DNA of 55,342 nucleotides from an uncultured Bacilli bacterium (GTDB lineage Bacteria > Bacillota_I > Bacilli_A > RF39 > UBA660). Positions 8,830 to 18,983 of the stretch are shown piece after piece. Positions within the stretch are counted from its first letter, which is position 1. Every line of letters begins with the position of its first letter. A model generated the notes under the pieces. That model searched no databases. It was not told the origin of the DNA and worked only from the letters and a program-made list of their open reading frames with translations. Position numbers and translations under genes: made by a program. The stretch spans positions 1 to 55,342 of the forward strand of contig CANQIK010000004.1 in the NCBI GenBank assembly GCA_947624085.1. Direction: 5' to 3'.

Positions 8830-9831
8830 ATGAAAAAGAAATTAGCAATTTTGGGTTTATGTACCCTTTTAGTAGCAGGTTGTGGTAAAGTACCTACCCT
8901 AAAAAATGGGGAGGAAGCTGTTGTAACATTTAAAAATGGGGATAAAATAAGTGTTGATGAGTTATATGAAACAATAAAGAATGATTTTGGTTTAAGTAGC
9001 TTAGTTACCTTAGTTGATTCTTATGTTTTAGAAAAAACTTTCCCTGATTATATTGATGTAGCTAAACAAAAAGCTGATGTTTATCTTCAGTCTGCTACCC
9101 AAGTATATGGTGTAGATGCTACAACCCTTGCCAATCAATATGGTTTTTCTACTGAAGAAGCTTTAAAAAATTACTTCTATCTAAATTATATGCAACAATA
9201 TGCTGAAGAGGAATACTCTAAAACCTTAATTGAGGATGATGATATTGAAAAATATTATGAAGAGGAAATTGTTGGCGATATTGAAGTAAGTCATATTTTA
9301 ATTACACCGGAAACAACAGACACTATGACTGATGAAGAAGTAGAAAATGCTGAAAAAACAGCTGAAGATAAAGCTAAAGAAATTTTAAGCAATCTTAAAA
9401 AAGCTGATAATTTAGAAGAAGCTTGGAAAGAAGCTGTTAAAGAAAATACTAAAGATGACGCTACTAAAGACAAAGATGGTTCATTAGGTAAGATTAACAA
9501 ATCTACTTTAGGAGATTCTTATAAAGAACTAGTTGATGCTGCTTATTCTACTAAAGATGGTTCATTATATGGTAGTGTTGTTAAAACCGAACTAGGATAT
9601 CATATTATTTATAAAACTAAATCTTATGATAAAGCTTCTTTAAAAGATTCTCGGGATAGTATTATTGAAACCCTTGCTTCTGACTTAAGAAATGATGATA
9701 CAACAATTTATATGCAAGCTTTACAACATTATCGTAATGAATTAGGCCTTGAGATTGTTGATGATGATCTTAAGAGCCAATATGCAGCTTATGTTCAAAA
9801 CGGCTTAACAGAAAGTAATTCAGAAGAATAA
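8830..9831 (+). CDS. prsA: Foldase PrsA (parvulin PPIase lipoprotein)
   Basis: Lipobox LVAGC; VSHILI, KDGSLG, VKTELGYHII. Confidence 0.9.
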   Translation: MKKKLAILGLCTLLVAGCGKVPTLKNGEEAVVTFKNGDKISVDELYETIKNDFGLSSLVTLVDSYVLEKTFPDYIDVAKQKADVYLQSATQVYGVDATTLANQYGFSTEEALKNYFYLNYMQQYAEEEYSKTLIEDDDIEKYYEEEIVGDIEVSHILITPETTDTMTDEEVENAEKTAEDKAKEILSNLKKADNLEEAWKEAVKENTKDDATKDKDGSLGKINKSTLGDSYKELVDAAYSTKDGSLYGSVVKTELGYHIIYKTKSYDKASLKDSRDSIIETLASDLRNDDTTIYMQALQHYRNELGLEIVDDDLKSQYAAYVQNGLTESNSEE

Positions 9832-9858
9832 ATTGGATTGTCATAATCCAATTTTTTT
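9831..9858 (+). terminator. Intrinsic terminator of prsA
   Basis: AATTGGATT-gtcat-AATCCAATT followed by a T run. Confidence 0.75.
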
Positions 9859-9881
9859 ATGCCATAAAAAAGGAAGTATCT

Positions 9882-10616
9882 CTACTTCCGATAGCCTAAA
9901 GCATACAGCTTTTGCTCAACTTTAGCCTCTAAAAGTTCCCCTTCATATTTATGAGCTAAACGTTTAACTATTTTTTCTTTATCTTTAAGATAATTAGCTT
10001 CTTCATTAATAGTTATGGCACTTAAATAATCCCTAAAATATTCCTCAGGATAACCTAAATTATATAAATCATTTTTAAGTTTTAATTTAAGCCTTTCAAG
10101 TGAACCACTTTTATAAGTTTTAAGTTTTTTATCAATATATTTTTTAGCATTAGCGATAAACTCATCAGCATTAATACTTTCTAACTCTTTAGCAATAATA
10201 CTATCACTGATACCTTTTTTCTTAAGCATCATAACAATCTTTTTAGGACCATTAAGAGTTAAATTAACTTCATCAAGGATAAACGCCTTAGCATACTTCT
10301 TATTATCAATATATCCCTTACTAATCAGTTTAGCAATAATCTTATTAATTTCAGCTTTATCGATATCTAAACTAACAAGTTTTTGATATACCTCTTTTTG
10401 GCTACGCATTTTAAAATTAATAAATCTAATGGCTTTATAATAGCCTTCGTAAAAGCTATTTTCTTTCATTATTTGTTCATACGTATCTTGACTTATTTCA
10501 CAAGGTTTATAAAGATTAAATTCTAAAAGCACGTCATCATATATGATATGCTTCTTTTTATCTATTAATAATTCATATTTACTACCAGTTATATATTTTA
10601 TACTAGTTATTTTCAT
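9882..10616 (-). CDS. recX: Regulatory protein RecX
   Basis: MKITSI N-terminus, RSQKEV, GYIDNKKYAKAF, GPKKI..L.KKGI, LYNLGY, LYALGY repeats. Confidence 0.85.
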   Translation of the reverse strand: MKITSIKYITGSKYELLIDKKKHIIYDDVLLEFNLYKPCEISQDTYEQIMKENSFYEGYYKAIRFINFKMRSQKEVYQKLVSLDIDKAEINKIIAKLISKGYIDNKKYAKAFILDEVNLTLNGPKKIVMMLKKKGISDSIIAKELESINADEFIANAKKYIDKKLKTYKSGSLERLKLKLKNDLYNLGYPEEYFRDYLSAITINEEANYLKDKEKIVKRLAHKYEGELLEAKVEQKLYALGYRK

Positions 10617-11590
10617 TCATTTTCCTTGCCTAAGTAATCACTACATAATTTATCTAAATCATTAATTAATTTATCTATATCATCTTTTTTAGATATTCTA
10701 GCTCCTGAAGCATAAGCATGGCCTCCCCCATGATAATTTGCTGCCACTTCATTAACAACTGGTCCACGGGAACGGATATTTACTTTATAAATTTCATTTC
10801 TTTCATCATAAGTTACAAAACACCAACAATAAAGTTCTCTAATAAAATTAAATTTATTAATTGCAACGGAAGCTGCGGAACTATCAAGGCCAAGCTTTTC
10901 TATCTCATTATTATCGATAATTAAATATCCTAGCCCATTTTCGGTTATTGTCATATTATCAGTAATATATGCTTCAAATTTACATTCATTAAAGCCTTTT
11001 TCATAAAGTTTATCATATAAACTTAAGAAATCAATTTGATAGTCTTTTAACAAGCGAATAACTATTTCAAAAGTATGAACGGTTGTATTTCTAAATAAAA
11101 ATCTTTCACTATCGGAAACAATACCCATGAAAAGACTTTCTGCTACATTGGTATCCATCATAAGTTTACTATTTAAAATAAGTTCCGCTATCATTTCGGC
11201 AGTTGAAGAATAATTATTTGAAGTAAAATCAACATCTCCGACAATATCTTCTTTGGGATGATGGTCTATTTTAATAATCTTTGAATATTTTAAATCTTCA
11301 ATACCATCAACCCGGATAAAATTTGGGACATCTAAAACAATTAGCAAACTATCTTCTAAAGTGGTAACATCAATTTTATCAAGGCTACCTAAGTATTTAA
11401 ATCTACTTACCCCTGCTCCGATAGCATAAACATTTTTATTAGGAAACGTTAATTTAATAGAATCTCTTAATGCAATTTGACTTCCTATAGCATCGGGATC
11501 AGGACCTATATGTCTTGCTATAACAATATTGTTATAAGATTTAATTAACTTATATATTTGTTTAAATAAGTCCTTATTAATAGCAAACAC
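10613..11590 (-). CDS. nrnA: DHH/DHHA1 bifunctional oligoribonuclease/PAP phosphatase NrnA
   Basis: RHIGPDPDAIGSQ, IDHH, GGGHAYASG. Confidence 0.92.
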   Translation of the reverse strand: MFAINKDLFKQIYKLIKSYNNIVIARHIGPDPDAIGSQIALRDSIKLTFPNKNVYAIGAGVSRFKYLGSLDKIDVTTLEDSLLIVLDVPNFIRVDGIEDLKYSKIIKIDHHPKEDIVGDVDFTSNNYSSTAEMIAELILNSKLMMDTNVAESLFMGIVSDSERFLFRNTTVHTFEIVIRLLKDYQIDFLSLYDKLYEKGFNECKFEAYITDNMTITENGLGYLIIDNNEIEKLGLDSSAASVAINKFNFIRELYCWCFVTYDERNEIYKVNIRSRGPVVNEVAANYHGGGHAYASGARISKKDDIDKLINDLDKLCSDYLGKENE

Positions 11591-11594
11591 CTTC

Positions 11595-12776
11595 TTACTT
11601 ATTCTTCAAGTTAAATGTATCTAAAGCAATCATTAATTCTTCATTAGTAGGTACAACATATACGGGAATTTTACTATCTTTTCCAGATATACATTTAAAT
11701 TCTCCGCGCATATCATTAGCCTGAACATCTAATGTTACCCCTAAAGAATGAATACGGCTGATAATAGCTTGACGCATATCCTTACTATTTTCGCCAAGAC
11801 CTGCGGTAAAGACAATAACATCAGCGCCATCAAGCATATTATTATACATAGCAATATAATTAGCAACTTTATCAGCATAGATATCTTGAGCTAATTTAGC
11901 TCTCTCATCGCCCTTAGCTATGGCATCTTCAATATCTCTTGAATCAGAAGAAATTCCTGAAACACCTAAAAGACCACTTTTCTTATTTAGTTCATTAGTA
12001 GCCTCACCTATTGTAATATTTTTCTTATTACATATAAATTCTAGAATACTAGCATCAATATCCCCGCATCTAGTACCCATCATTAAACCTGCTAAAGGGG
12101 TGAAGCCCATTGATGTTTCAATAACTTTGCCATTATCAATAGCACTAACACTTCCCCCGTTACCAATATGACAAGTTATAGCTTTTAATTTTTCCTTACC
12201 TAAATGATTTTTAATTTCATTATAAACATATTTATGACTTGTACCATGGAAGCCATATCTTCTTACGCCGTATTTTTCATACCATTCATAAGGAACAGGA
12301 TATAGATAATGTTCTTTAGTCATCGTTTGATGGAATGATGTATCAAATACCCCAACTTGAATAGCATTTGGCAAAGCCTTTCTAAAAGCTTCTACTCCTA
12401 ATAGATTAGCAGGATTATGTAAAGGAGCATATTCATTATAAGTAGCTATTTTCTTAATAACATCATCATTTAACACTACGGAGTCAGTAAATTCTGAACC
12501 ACCATGAACAATTCGATGACCTACCCCTTCAATTTCATCTAAAGAAGAAACAATATGCATATCTATTAATTCTTTCATTAAGATATTAACAGCTTCGGTA
12601 TGATTAGGCACACTTACTTCTTTTTTGCTTTTTTCGCCATTAAATTTTATCGTATAAAAGCTATCATCAAGCCCGATTTTTTCAAAAGTACCACTGGCAA
12701 TAGTAACTTTTTCTGGCAATTCAAATAAAGTAAATTTTAAAGATGAACTACCAGCATTTATTGATATAATTTTCAT
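11595..12776 (-). CDS. ackA: Acetate kinase
   Basis: INAGSSSLKF, GHRIVHGG, APLHNPAN, RRYGFHGTSH, PTNEELMIA. Confidence 0.98.
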   Translation of the reverse strand: MKIISINAGSSSLKFTLFELPEKVTIASGTFEKIGLDDSFYTIKFNGEKSKKEVSVPNHTEAVNILMKELIDMHIVSSLDEIEGVGHRIVHGGSEFTDSVVLNDDVIKKIATYNEYAPLHNPANLLGVEAFRKALPNAIQVGVFDTSFHQTMTKEHYLYPVPYEWYEKYGVRRYGFHGTSHKYVYNEIKNHLGKEKLKAITCHIGNGGSVSAIDNGKVIETSMGFTPLAGLMMGTRCGDIDASILEFICNKKNITIGEATNELNKKSGLLGVSGISSDSRDIEDAIAKGDERAKLAQDIYADKVANYIAMYNNMLDGADVIVFTAGLGENSKDMRQAIISRIHSLGVTLDVQANDMRGEFKCISGKDSKIPVYVVPTNEELMIALDTFNLKNK

Positions 12777-12812
12777 TTAATTCACCTCAATTAAATTATA
12801 CAAAAAAAAAGC

Positions 12813-13007
12813 CTATTTGACTATCTTTTTGGCTTTATTTTGACAATTATTATTACTAGTGAAACTAAATTCTTTAAAGTGATTAACGGGTGTTTTGCGA
12901 TTTGAATTTAAATTATACCCATAATCATTAAAAAATTCCCATCTTCTTTTTTCTCTAACAGATGTTATAAATAAATCACATGCTTTGTAGAACTCTTTCT
13001 TTATCAT
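12813..13007 (-). CDS. Possible small basic hypothetical protein (64 aa)
   Basis: Fills the thiI-ackA gap on the same strand, but has no Shine-Dalgarno and no recognisable motif. Confidence 0.35.
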   Translation of the reverse strand: MIKKEFYKACDLFITSVREKRRWEFFNDYGYNLNSNRKTPVNHFKEFSFTSNNNCQNKAKKIVK

Positions 13008-13040
13008 ATTATTATGATATCCAAAATCATAATAATTATG

Positions 13041-14228
13041 CTATAGTAAATCCTTAAAGTTATTTTCTTCTTTTTCACTAATATGAAGAATTTGGCGCGT
13101 TTTTATTGCTTCATAAACAAGGTTATCAAAATCTACTAATTTTTCATACTCATGAGCTAGATTAATATCCGGGTTAATAACAGGATGTTCAGGCACAAAA
13201 ATCGTACAACAATCTTCATATGGTCTTATTGAAATATCATAAGTACCTATTTTTTTAGCTAACTCAATAATTTCTAATTTATCATAAGTACAAACTGGTC
13301 TTATAACTGGCATTTTTACGGCTTCATTAATAACTTGCATACTTTTTAACGTTTGACTAGCAACTTGGCCTATACTTTCGCCATTAATTATAGCATGAGC
13401 ATTAATACTACCACATATTAAAGCACTAATTTTATACATCATGCGGCGCATCATAGTTATCAAATAATTTTTGGGAATATTTTTAATAATTTCCTCTTGA
13501 ATTTTGGTAAAACCTATTACATGAATTTTAACTTCTGTATTATTATATTTAGCGAGTACCCGAGCTAAATCTTCAACTTTCTTTAAGGCCATAGGACTAG
13601 TGTGAGGAGGTGAATCAAAATAAATTGCTTCAATCTTAACTCCCCTTTTGATAGCTAAGTATCCTGCTACGGGAGAATCAATACCACCACTTAACATTAA
13701 TAGACCTTTACCTAAAGTAGATACTGGATAGCCCCCCAAGCCTAAAACTCCCCGACCATAAATTAAAACTTCATTTAATCTAATTTCGACAATAACATTT
13801 AAATCTGGGTTATTAACATCGACTTTAATATTAGGAATATTTTTAAGAATATAGGCACCTATATCTTTAGCAATAGTAATACTAGTTCCTGGATAATTTT
13901 TGTCTGACCTTTTAACCGTAATTTTAAAACTAGAAAAAGGACTGGTTTTAAGTAACTCTAAAACATTGACTTTAATATTTTCTAAAGATTTATCTTCATA
14001 TAAAAAACCATCACATATTTCATGGATACCAAATACTTCTTGTAACTTTTCTTTTACTTTAGAAATATCTTCAGTAAATATAAGCATCCGCCCATGATCA
14101 TATTTAATTTCATAGTCAAAACTGGCAAGTTTTTTATCAATATTATTTTTTAAAGTCTTTAAAAAAAAGTTAATATTATCACTTTTAGTAGATAATTCGC
14201 CATATTTAATTATAACTACTCTTTTCAT
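13041..14228 (-). CDS. thiI: tRNA 4-thiouridine synthase ThiI
   Basis: IKYGEL, THUMP domain, LSGGIDSPVA PP-loop, GESIGQVASQT, EDCC. Confidence 0.96.
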   Translation of the reverse strand: MKRVVIIKYGELSTKSDNINFFLKTLKNNIDKKLASFDYEIKYDHGRMLIFTEDISKVKEKLQEVFGIHEICDGFLYEDKSLENIKVNVLELLKTSPFSSFKITVKRSDKNYPGTSITIAKDIGAYILKNIPNIKVDVNNPDLNVIVEIRLNEVLIYGRGVLGLGGYPVSTLGKGLLMLSGGIDSPVAGYLAIKRGVKIEAIYFDSPPHTSPMALKKVEDLARVLAKYNNTEVKIHVIGFTKIQEEIIKNIPKNYLITMMRRMMYKISALICGSINAHAIINGESIGQVASQTLKSMQVINEAVKMPVIRPVCTYDKLEIIELAKKIGTYDISIRPYEDCCTIFVPEHPVINPDINLAHEYEKLVDFDNLVYEAIKTRQILHISEKEENNFKDLL

Positions 14229-15359
14229 TTAATTCACCAATACTTTCAAAGAGGCATAACATTTATCAAACTTGTCTAAAAAAGCACTTATTTCTTGCGT
14301 TGTTGTCATAGCCGACAAGCTAATACGAATTGTATGTTTCGCTCTTTTTTGATCACCATATATAGCTACAATAGCTTTTGATACTTCTCCGGAAGAACAA
14401 GCCGTATTTGTTGATACATATACCTCTTCTTTATCTAAGGCATGCATTAATGTTTCGGGCATTACATCCATTACCGAAATGTTTAAAATATGGGGAATAG
14501 AATACCTTGTTTTATTAATTATGACATTAGGATATTTCATCAGACGACTACAAATACGATCATTTAATAAAGCAATATATTTTTCTTTTTTTTCTAAATC
14601 CTCATTAGCAAGTCTTAAAGCTTTAGAAAAGCCTACAATAAGAGGAAGCGGTGGAGTTCCTGGTTTTAAATCATTACTCTTGCCAGAGCCATAAATCAAA
14701 GGCATAAGTTTAATATCACTAGCTTTATATAGCATAGCAATGCCTTTAGGACCATAGATTTTATGAGAAGATATTGAAGCCAAGTCAACATCATGAAGCG
14801 AAATAGTTGTTTTACCAATAGCTTGAGTCATATCACTATGAAAAATAGTAAAGGTATTTACTTTTTTAATTATTTGTCTAATCATTTTTAAAGGTTGTCT
14901 TACCCCTGTTTCACTATTAACAGCACAAATACTAACTAAAATTGTGTCACTTCTAATAAGGCTTCTTAAATGTTCAAAATCGATTAAGCCCTCTTTATCA
15001 TTATTTACATAATCTACTTCAAAACCAATTGTTTTTAAATAATCAGCAATATTATATACCGAAGGATGTTCAAGTCTTGATAAAATAATATGTCTTCCCT
15101 TTTTATAATATTTTAAAGCAGTACCAATAATCGCTAAATTGTTACTTTCTGTAGAAGAAGATGTAAAAGTTATTTCATTTTCTAAAATATTAAATAAATC
15201 TGCTATCTGTTTAGTAGCAGAATGTAATAATTCACTTGATTTTAGGCCTAATGCATTGATTGAATTAGGATTACCAATATATTCTTTATATGTTCTATTC
15301 ATAGCGTCAAGAACCTCTAAAGAAATTGGGGTTGTTGCCGAATAATCTAAATATATCAT
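14229..15359 (-). CDS. iscS: Cysteine desulfurase (IscS/NifZ type, ThiI partner)
   Basis: IYLDYSATTP, SSHKIYGPKG PLP lysine, TACSSG catalytic Cys; adjacent to thiI. Confidence 0.9.
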   Translation of the reverse strand: MIYLDYSATTPISLEVLDAMNRTYKEYIGNPNSINALGLKSSELLHSATKQIADLFNILENEITFTSSSTESNNLAIIGTALKYYKKGRHIILSRLEHPSVYNIADYLKTIGFEVDYVNNDKEGLIDFEHLRSLIRSDTILVSICAVNSETGVRQPLKMIRQIIKKVNTFTIFHSDMTQAIGKTTISLHDVDLASISSHKIYGPKGIAMLYKASDIKLMPLIYGSGKSNDLKPGTPPLPLIVGFSKALRLANEDLEKKEKYIALLNDRICSRLMKYPNVIINKTRYSIPHILNISVMDVMPETLMHALDKEEVYVSTNTACSSGEVSKAIVAIYGDQKRAKHTIRISLSAMTTTQEISAFLDKFDKCYASLKVLVN

Positions 15360-15370
15360 GTCCTACTCCT

Positions 15371-17089
15371 TTAATCTTTGTATTGTTCTAATAATTTCTT
15401 ATGGATTCCCGGTTCAACTATATTAAGAGCACTAATAGCTTGTTCTAAACTATTCTTATAATTTCCTTTATTAAAAGCATTTTCGGCTTTTTGTAACCCA
15501 AAATCCACTTCTTTATTCACAACACGATAGCGATTACCATACACGATAGCCATTTCAGCCATTTTGGCAGTCTTGGTTGTTTCATTAATAGTATTATATA
15601 CTTTTAATACTAAATCGCGCGCGGTATCAACTCTTGTGTTTAATATTTTAATCGAAATAGGTCTTTTGTCAAGTTCTAGAACCATTTCATTAATAGCTTC
15701 AACCGCTTCAGATAGTTCTATATAATAGTTTCTTGGTACAATTGGTAGTTTGTATCCTTTAGCTTTTTCTTTAGCATCTCTTAAAATTGTTTTGATATCA
15801 TCAAGTTGCTCGCGAGCCCGGTTTTCATCATCTTTTAAAGAACTTAAATTACGAAGTGTAACATTTAATTTCTCCTCAGTAGCAATAAGTTTATTATTTA
15901 AGATTTCCATTTGTAAACTTAATTTTGAATAAGCTACTTTCTTACTACGGAAATCTTCAATTGTTTTTTCATAATCTGTTTTAATTTCAATTAAAGCTGC
16001 TTTAATATCGGTAATTATTGCTAGTTCATCATCAGTTAAATCATAACTATATTTTAAATCACCAATTTTTTTATATAATTCATTATTTATTTTTTCTAAT
16101 TTCGTAGACTTAATTAAAATACTTCGAGAGTAGTCATCAAAAACTCTTCGTGAAAGCTTTTCTTTTTCAAAATCATTATATAATGAATCAAAATAATCAA
16201 GCATAGTTTTAAGTTCAAAAACGGAGTCTTCAACATCTAAAACATTAAGTCTTTGAAAAATATCTTGAATCTTTTTTTGCGTTTCTTCAATATTATAATC
16301 AATATTTAAATAGTCAAGATTATATCCATCATTTACCATTTTTTTAGCTATCTTACGAATTTCTTCAATTTTTTTAGGTATTAATAAATCGCCATATTGA
16401 CATATATATTTAGTTTCTTCAATAACTACTTTTAAATTAGAAATAATATCATCGATAGCTTTTACAATCTTACCTACTTCTGTATAGGCATTTTTATCCA
16501 TTGCGGCTTCAAAAGATACAAAAAGTTTATCAACATTTTCAAATTGCAGTTCAATTGGTACTTTAATTTTTTCAAATTCTTTAGGATTATCATTATAGTT
16601 ACTAGCTATAGCCCGATATTCAGCTTTTAGCTTCGTTATTTTTTCGCGATTTTTTTCTTCGCTTAAAGTTATCTCTTTTATTTCCATTAAAAGAGTATCA
16701 GCTTTAGTCTTAAGATAATTCAAGTCCATTTCCGCTTTAATCAAAGATAATTTTAAAGCTTTATAATCTTTATTATCATAATTAAATTGGACTTCATTGA
16801 TAGCATCAGTTATTTTAGGAATGTCCTTATCTTTAATTTGCTCAAATCTTTTTTTCCAATTAGCATACTTTTCTTTTAAATCTTCGTTAGAGGCAAGAGC
16901 TTCAACTTTGTTTAATTCACTTAATATTTGGGCAGATATAATTAAATTCTTTTCTCTTTCTAATTCATTTATTTGCTCGGAATATTTCTTTTTATTATGA
17001 TTATTTATAATAACTAAAACAATTACAATAATAGCTATTGTAATAAAGTAGTAACCAAAAGCAAATAATAGAAACATTGATCTAGTCAT
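15371..17089 (-). CDS. ezrA: Septation ring formation regulator EzrA
   Basis: N-terminal TM, long coiled coil, C-terminal YGNRYR patch and EPG; ezrA-iscS-thiI synteny. Confidence 0.9.
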   Translation of the reverse strand: MTRSMFLLFAFGYYFITIAIIVIVLVIINNHNKKKYSEQINELEREKNLIISAQILSELNKVEALASNEDLKEKYANWKKRFEQIKDKDIPKITDAINEVQFNYDNKDYKALKLSLIKAEMDLNYLKTKADTLLMEIKEITLSEEKNREKITKLKAEYRAIASNYNDNPKEFEKIKVPIELQFENVDKLFVSFEAAMDKNAYTEVGKIVKAIDDIISNLKVVIEETKYICQYGDLLIPKKIEEIRKIAKKMVNDGYNLDYLNIDYNIEETQKKIQDIFQRLNVLDVEDSVFELKTMLDYFDSLYNDFEKEKLSRRVFDDYSRSILIKSTKLEKINNELYKKIGDLKYSYDLTDDELAIITDIKAALIEIKTDYEKTIEDFRSKKVAYSKLSLQMEILNNKLIATEEKLNVTLRNLSSLKDDENRAREQLDDIKTILRDAKEKAKGYKLPIVPRNYYIELSEAVEAINEMVLELDKRPISIKILNTRVDTARDLVLKVYNTINETTKTAKMAEMAIVYGNRYRVVNKEVDFGLQKAENAFNKGNYKNSLEQAISALNIVEPGIHKKLLEQYKD

Positions 17090-17205
17090 TTTTATTATGC
17101 CACCCTACTTTAATTCTACCATAATATGTTTTTTTAAGCTACTAAAGTTTGCATTTTTATTGTATTTTTTTGGCACTTATAGTATAATTAATTTGTTTTA
17201 GACAA

Positions 17206-17282
17206 GCGCCCATAGCTCAACTGGATAGAGCGTTAGACTACGGATCTAAAGGTTGGGGGTTCGAATCCCTTTGGGCGTACCA
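17206..17282 (+). tRNA. tRNA-Arg(ACG)
   Basis: Acceptor GCGCCCA/TGGGCGT, anticodon arm TTAGA-ctACGga-TCTAA, GGTTCGAATCC, CCA. Confidence 0.97.
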
Positions 17283-17291
17283 AAAAATAAT

Positions 17292-17318
17292 AACTCGGAC
17301 TATTTCAGTTCGAGTTTT
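17292..17318 (+). terminator. Terminator after tRNA-Arg (possibly bidirectional)
   Basis: AACTCGGACT...AGTTCGAGTT followed by T run. Confidence 0.65.
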
Positions 17319-17324
17319 ATTGTC

Positions 17325-18293
17325 TTATAAATTAATACTTTTAGCTAGACTTCTAACTTGCTCTACCTCTTTAACAGCCTGCTCATACTGGTCAGAAAGG
17401 GCTGGAGCATTTGTAAATTCTTGAACAGGTACATTAGTTAAACTATAATTAATAGTTCCATCCATATTTTGCAAGATTTTATATTGAGGTGTTTCTAATC
17501 GCCAACAACCATTGCAAAAATCAATTGTTACGGTTCTATCACCAATTGTAATAGCAAAATAATCTAAATGGCCATAAGAAAGAGAGAGCTTATCAACAGT
17601 TTTTTTACTACCACCATCATTTTTGGTAACTTCCATAATAAGGCTTGGATAAGTTTCAACATGACTTATAGATATTTCGCATATTTTTTTAAATACTTCA
17701 TTAATAGCAAAAGGAATGGTTAGTTCAAGTAAATATTCTTGTAAAGCTAAAATGTTTTCCATATAATAGGCACTACCTGTTTGATTAATAGTTAAATTAA
17801 ATGTATAGTCACCACTCATTAACTTGAAAACATAATTATCATTATTAGCTTTTTCAACCTCTTGTTTAATTAATTCAAATTTGGAAGGTTCATTTAAATT
17901 AGTATTCCAATGTAAGAATCTATATGTTTTAATTTCATTGTGATAATTTACCGTAAACTCTTTTACGATAAAATTTTTGGCAAGAGAAATTGTAGCTTTA
18001 TCGTCTTTATCACTAAAATAACAATCAAAGGTAAGACTTTCTTTATCAAAATTTCTTAAAGTACATATTTCATTTTGCGCAAGGCCGGTTAATCGAAGTA
18101 AAACGGCAAATTTAGTGGCAATATCTTTAGCTTGTATGCCAGATAAAAAATAATGTTTAATTTCAACTTCTTTAATGGGAATAATATCAAACCATCTAGC
18201 TAAAACAATTTGCAAATCAGGATCTTCAATTATAACGTGAATACGGTTAGTTTCTTTATTATCGGAAGCTTGTTTTTTAAATAAGTTTTTCAT
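17325..18293 (-). CDS. Hypothetical protein lying between two tRNA genes
   Basis: 322 aa ORF with AAAGGA RBS; no family recognised. Confidence 0.7.
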   Translation of the reverse strand: MKNLFKKQASDNKETNRIHVIIEDPDLQIVLARWFDIIPIKEVEIKHYFLSGIQAKDIATKFAVLLRLTGLAQNEICTLRNFDKESLTFDCYFSDKDDKATISLAKNFIVKEFTVNYHNEIKTYRFLHWNTNLNEPSKFELIKQEVEKANNDNYVFKLMSGDYTFNLTINQTGSAYYMENILALQEYLLELTIPFAINEVFKKICEISISHVETYPSLIMEVTKNDGGSKKTVDKLSLSYGHLDYFAITIGDRTVTIDFCNGCWRLETPQYKILQNMDGTINYSLTNVPVQEFTNAPALSDQYEQAVKEVEQVRSLAKSINL

Positions 18294-18422
18294 GCCATGT
18301 TCCTTTCATTTGATGCTATCTATTTTACCATCTTTAACAAAAAATGCAATGCAAGTTTTTACTTTTACTACATAAAAATACTTGAAGTACATATTATTTT
18401 ATAGTATAATTAATAGCGAGCT

Positions 18423-18499
18423 CGAGAAGTAGCACAGCTTGGTAGTGCACCACGCTTGGGACGTGGGGGTCGCAGGTTCGAATCCTGTCTTCTCGACCA
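18423..18499 (+). tRNA. tRNA-Pro(TGG)
   Basis: Acceptor CGAGAAG/CTTCTCG, anticodon arm CCACG-ctTGGga-CGTGG, CCA; TTGAAG-N17-TATAAT promoter upstream. Confidence 0.97.
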
Positions 18500-18505
18500 T
18501 TAATA

Positions 18506-18533
18506 AAAATACCTAGGAATTTCCTAGGTTTTT
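18506..18533. terminator. Bidirectional terminator after tRNA-Pro
   Basis: ACCTAGGAA-t-TTCCTAGGT flanked by A and T runs. Confidence 0.75.
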
Positions 18534-18551
18534 ATATTTTTAAAAATAAAA

Positions 18552-18980
18552 TTATATCTCTTTGCCTTTAGATTTAATATCCTCAGAAATTCCAACGATG
18601 AAGCTAATAAAAATACATAAGAATAAAAAAGGAATTATGAACATACCTAACCATAATATAGCTCCCTTTCTAAAAAGAATTGGCAGTTCAATAATAAACA
18701 AAAGGGATAGTGTAAATAATCTTAAAGGATAATGAAAAAAGTGGCCGAACTTTATTTCTCTCAATTTTTTAAATCTAAAGCAAATAAAATAAGCTACTAA
18801 GATAATTATTGACACTATTAAAAGACAAAAATATGCAAATGTAAAGGGAACGCTATCGCCAGATTCAGATAATAGAGCCATTTTGTCCATTTGTTGAAGC
18901 AAAATAAACCAAACTATTAAATATATACAAACACATGATGTAAAATGAAATAGTCCATAGTGTTTTTTTAATACTTGCAT
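18552..18980 (-). CDS. Hypothetical 4-TM membrane protein
   Basis: 142 aa with four hydrophobic segments; 3 nt from the upstream stop. Confidence 0.65.
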   Translation of the reverse strand: MQVLKKHYGLFHFTSCVCIYLIVWFILLQQMDKMALLSESGDSVPFTFAYFCLLIVSIIILVAYFICFRFKKLREIKFGHFFHYPLRLFTLSLLFIIELPILFRKGAILWLGMFIIPFLFLCIFISFIVGISEDIKSKGKEI

Positions 18981-18983
18981 ATT

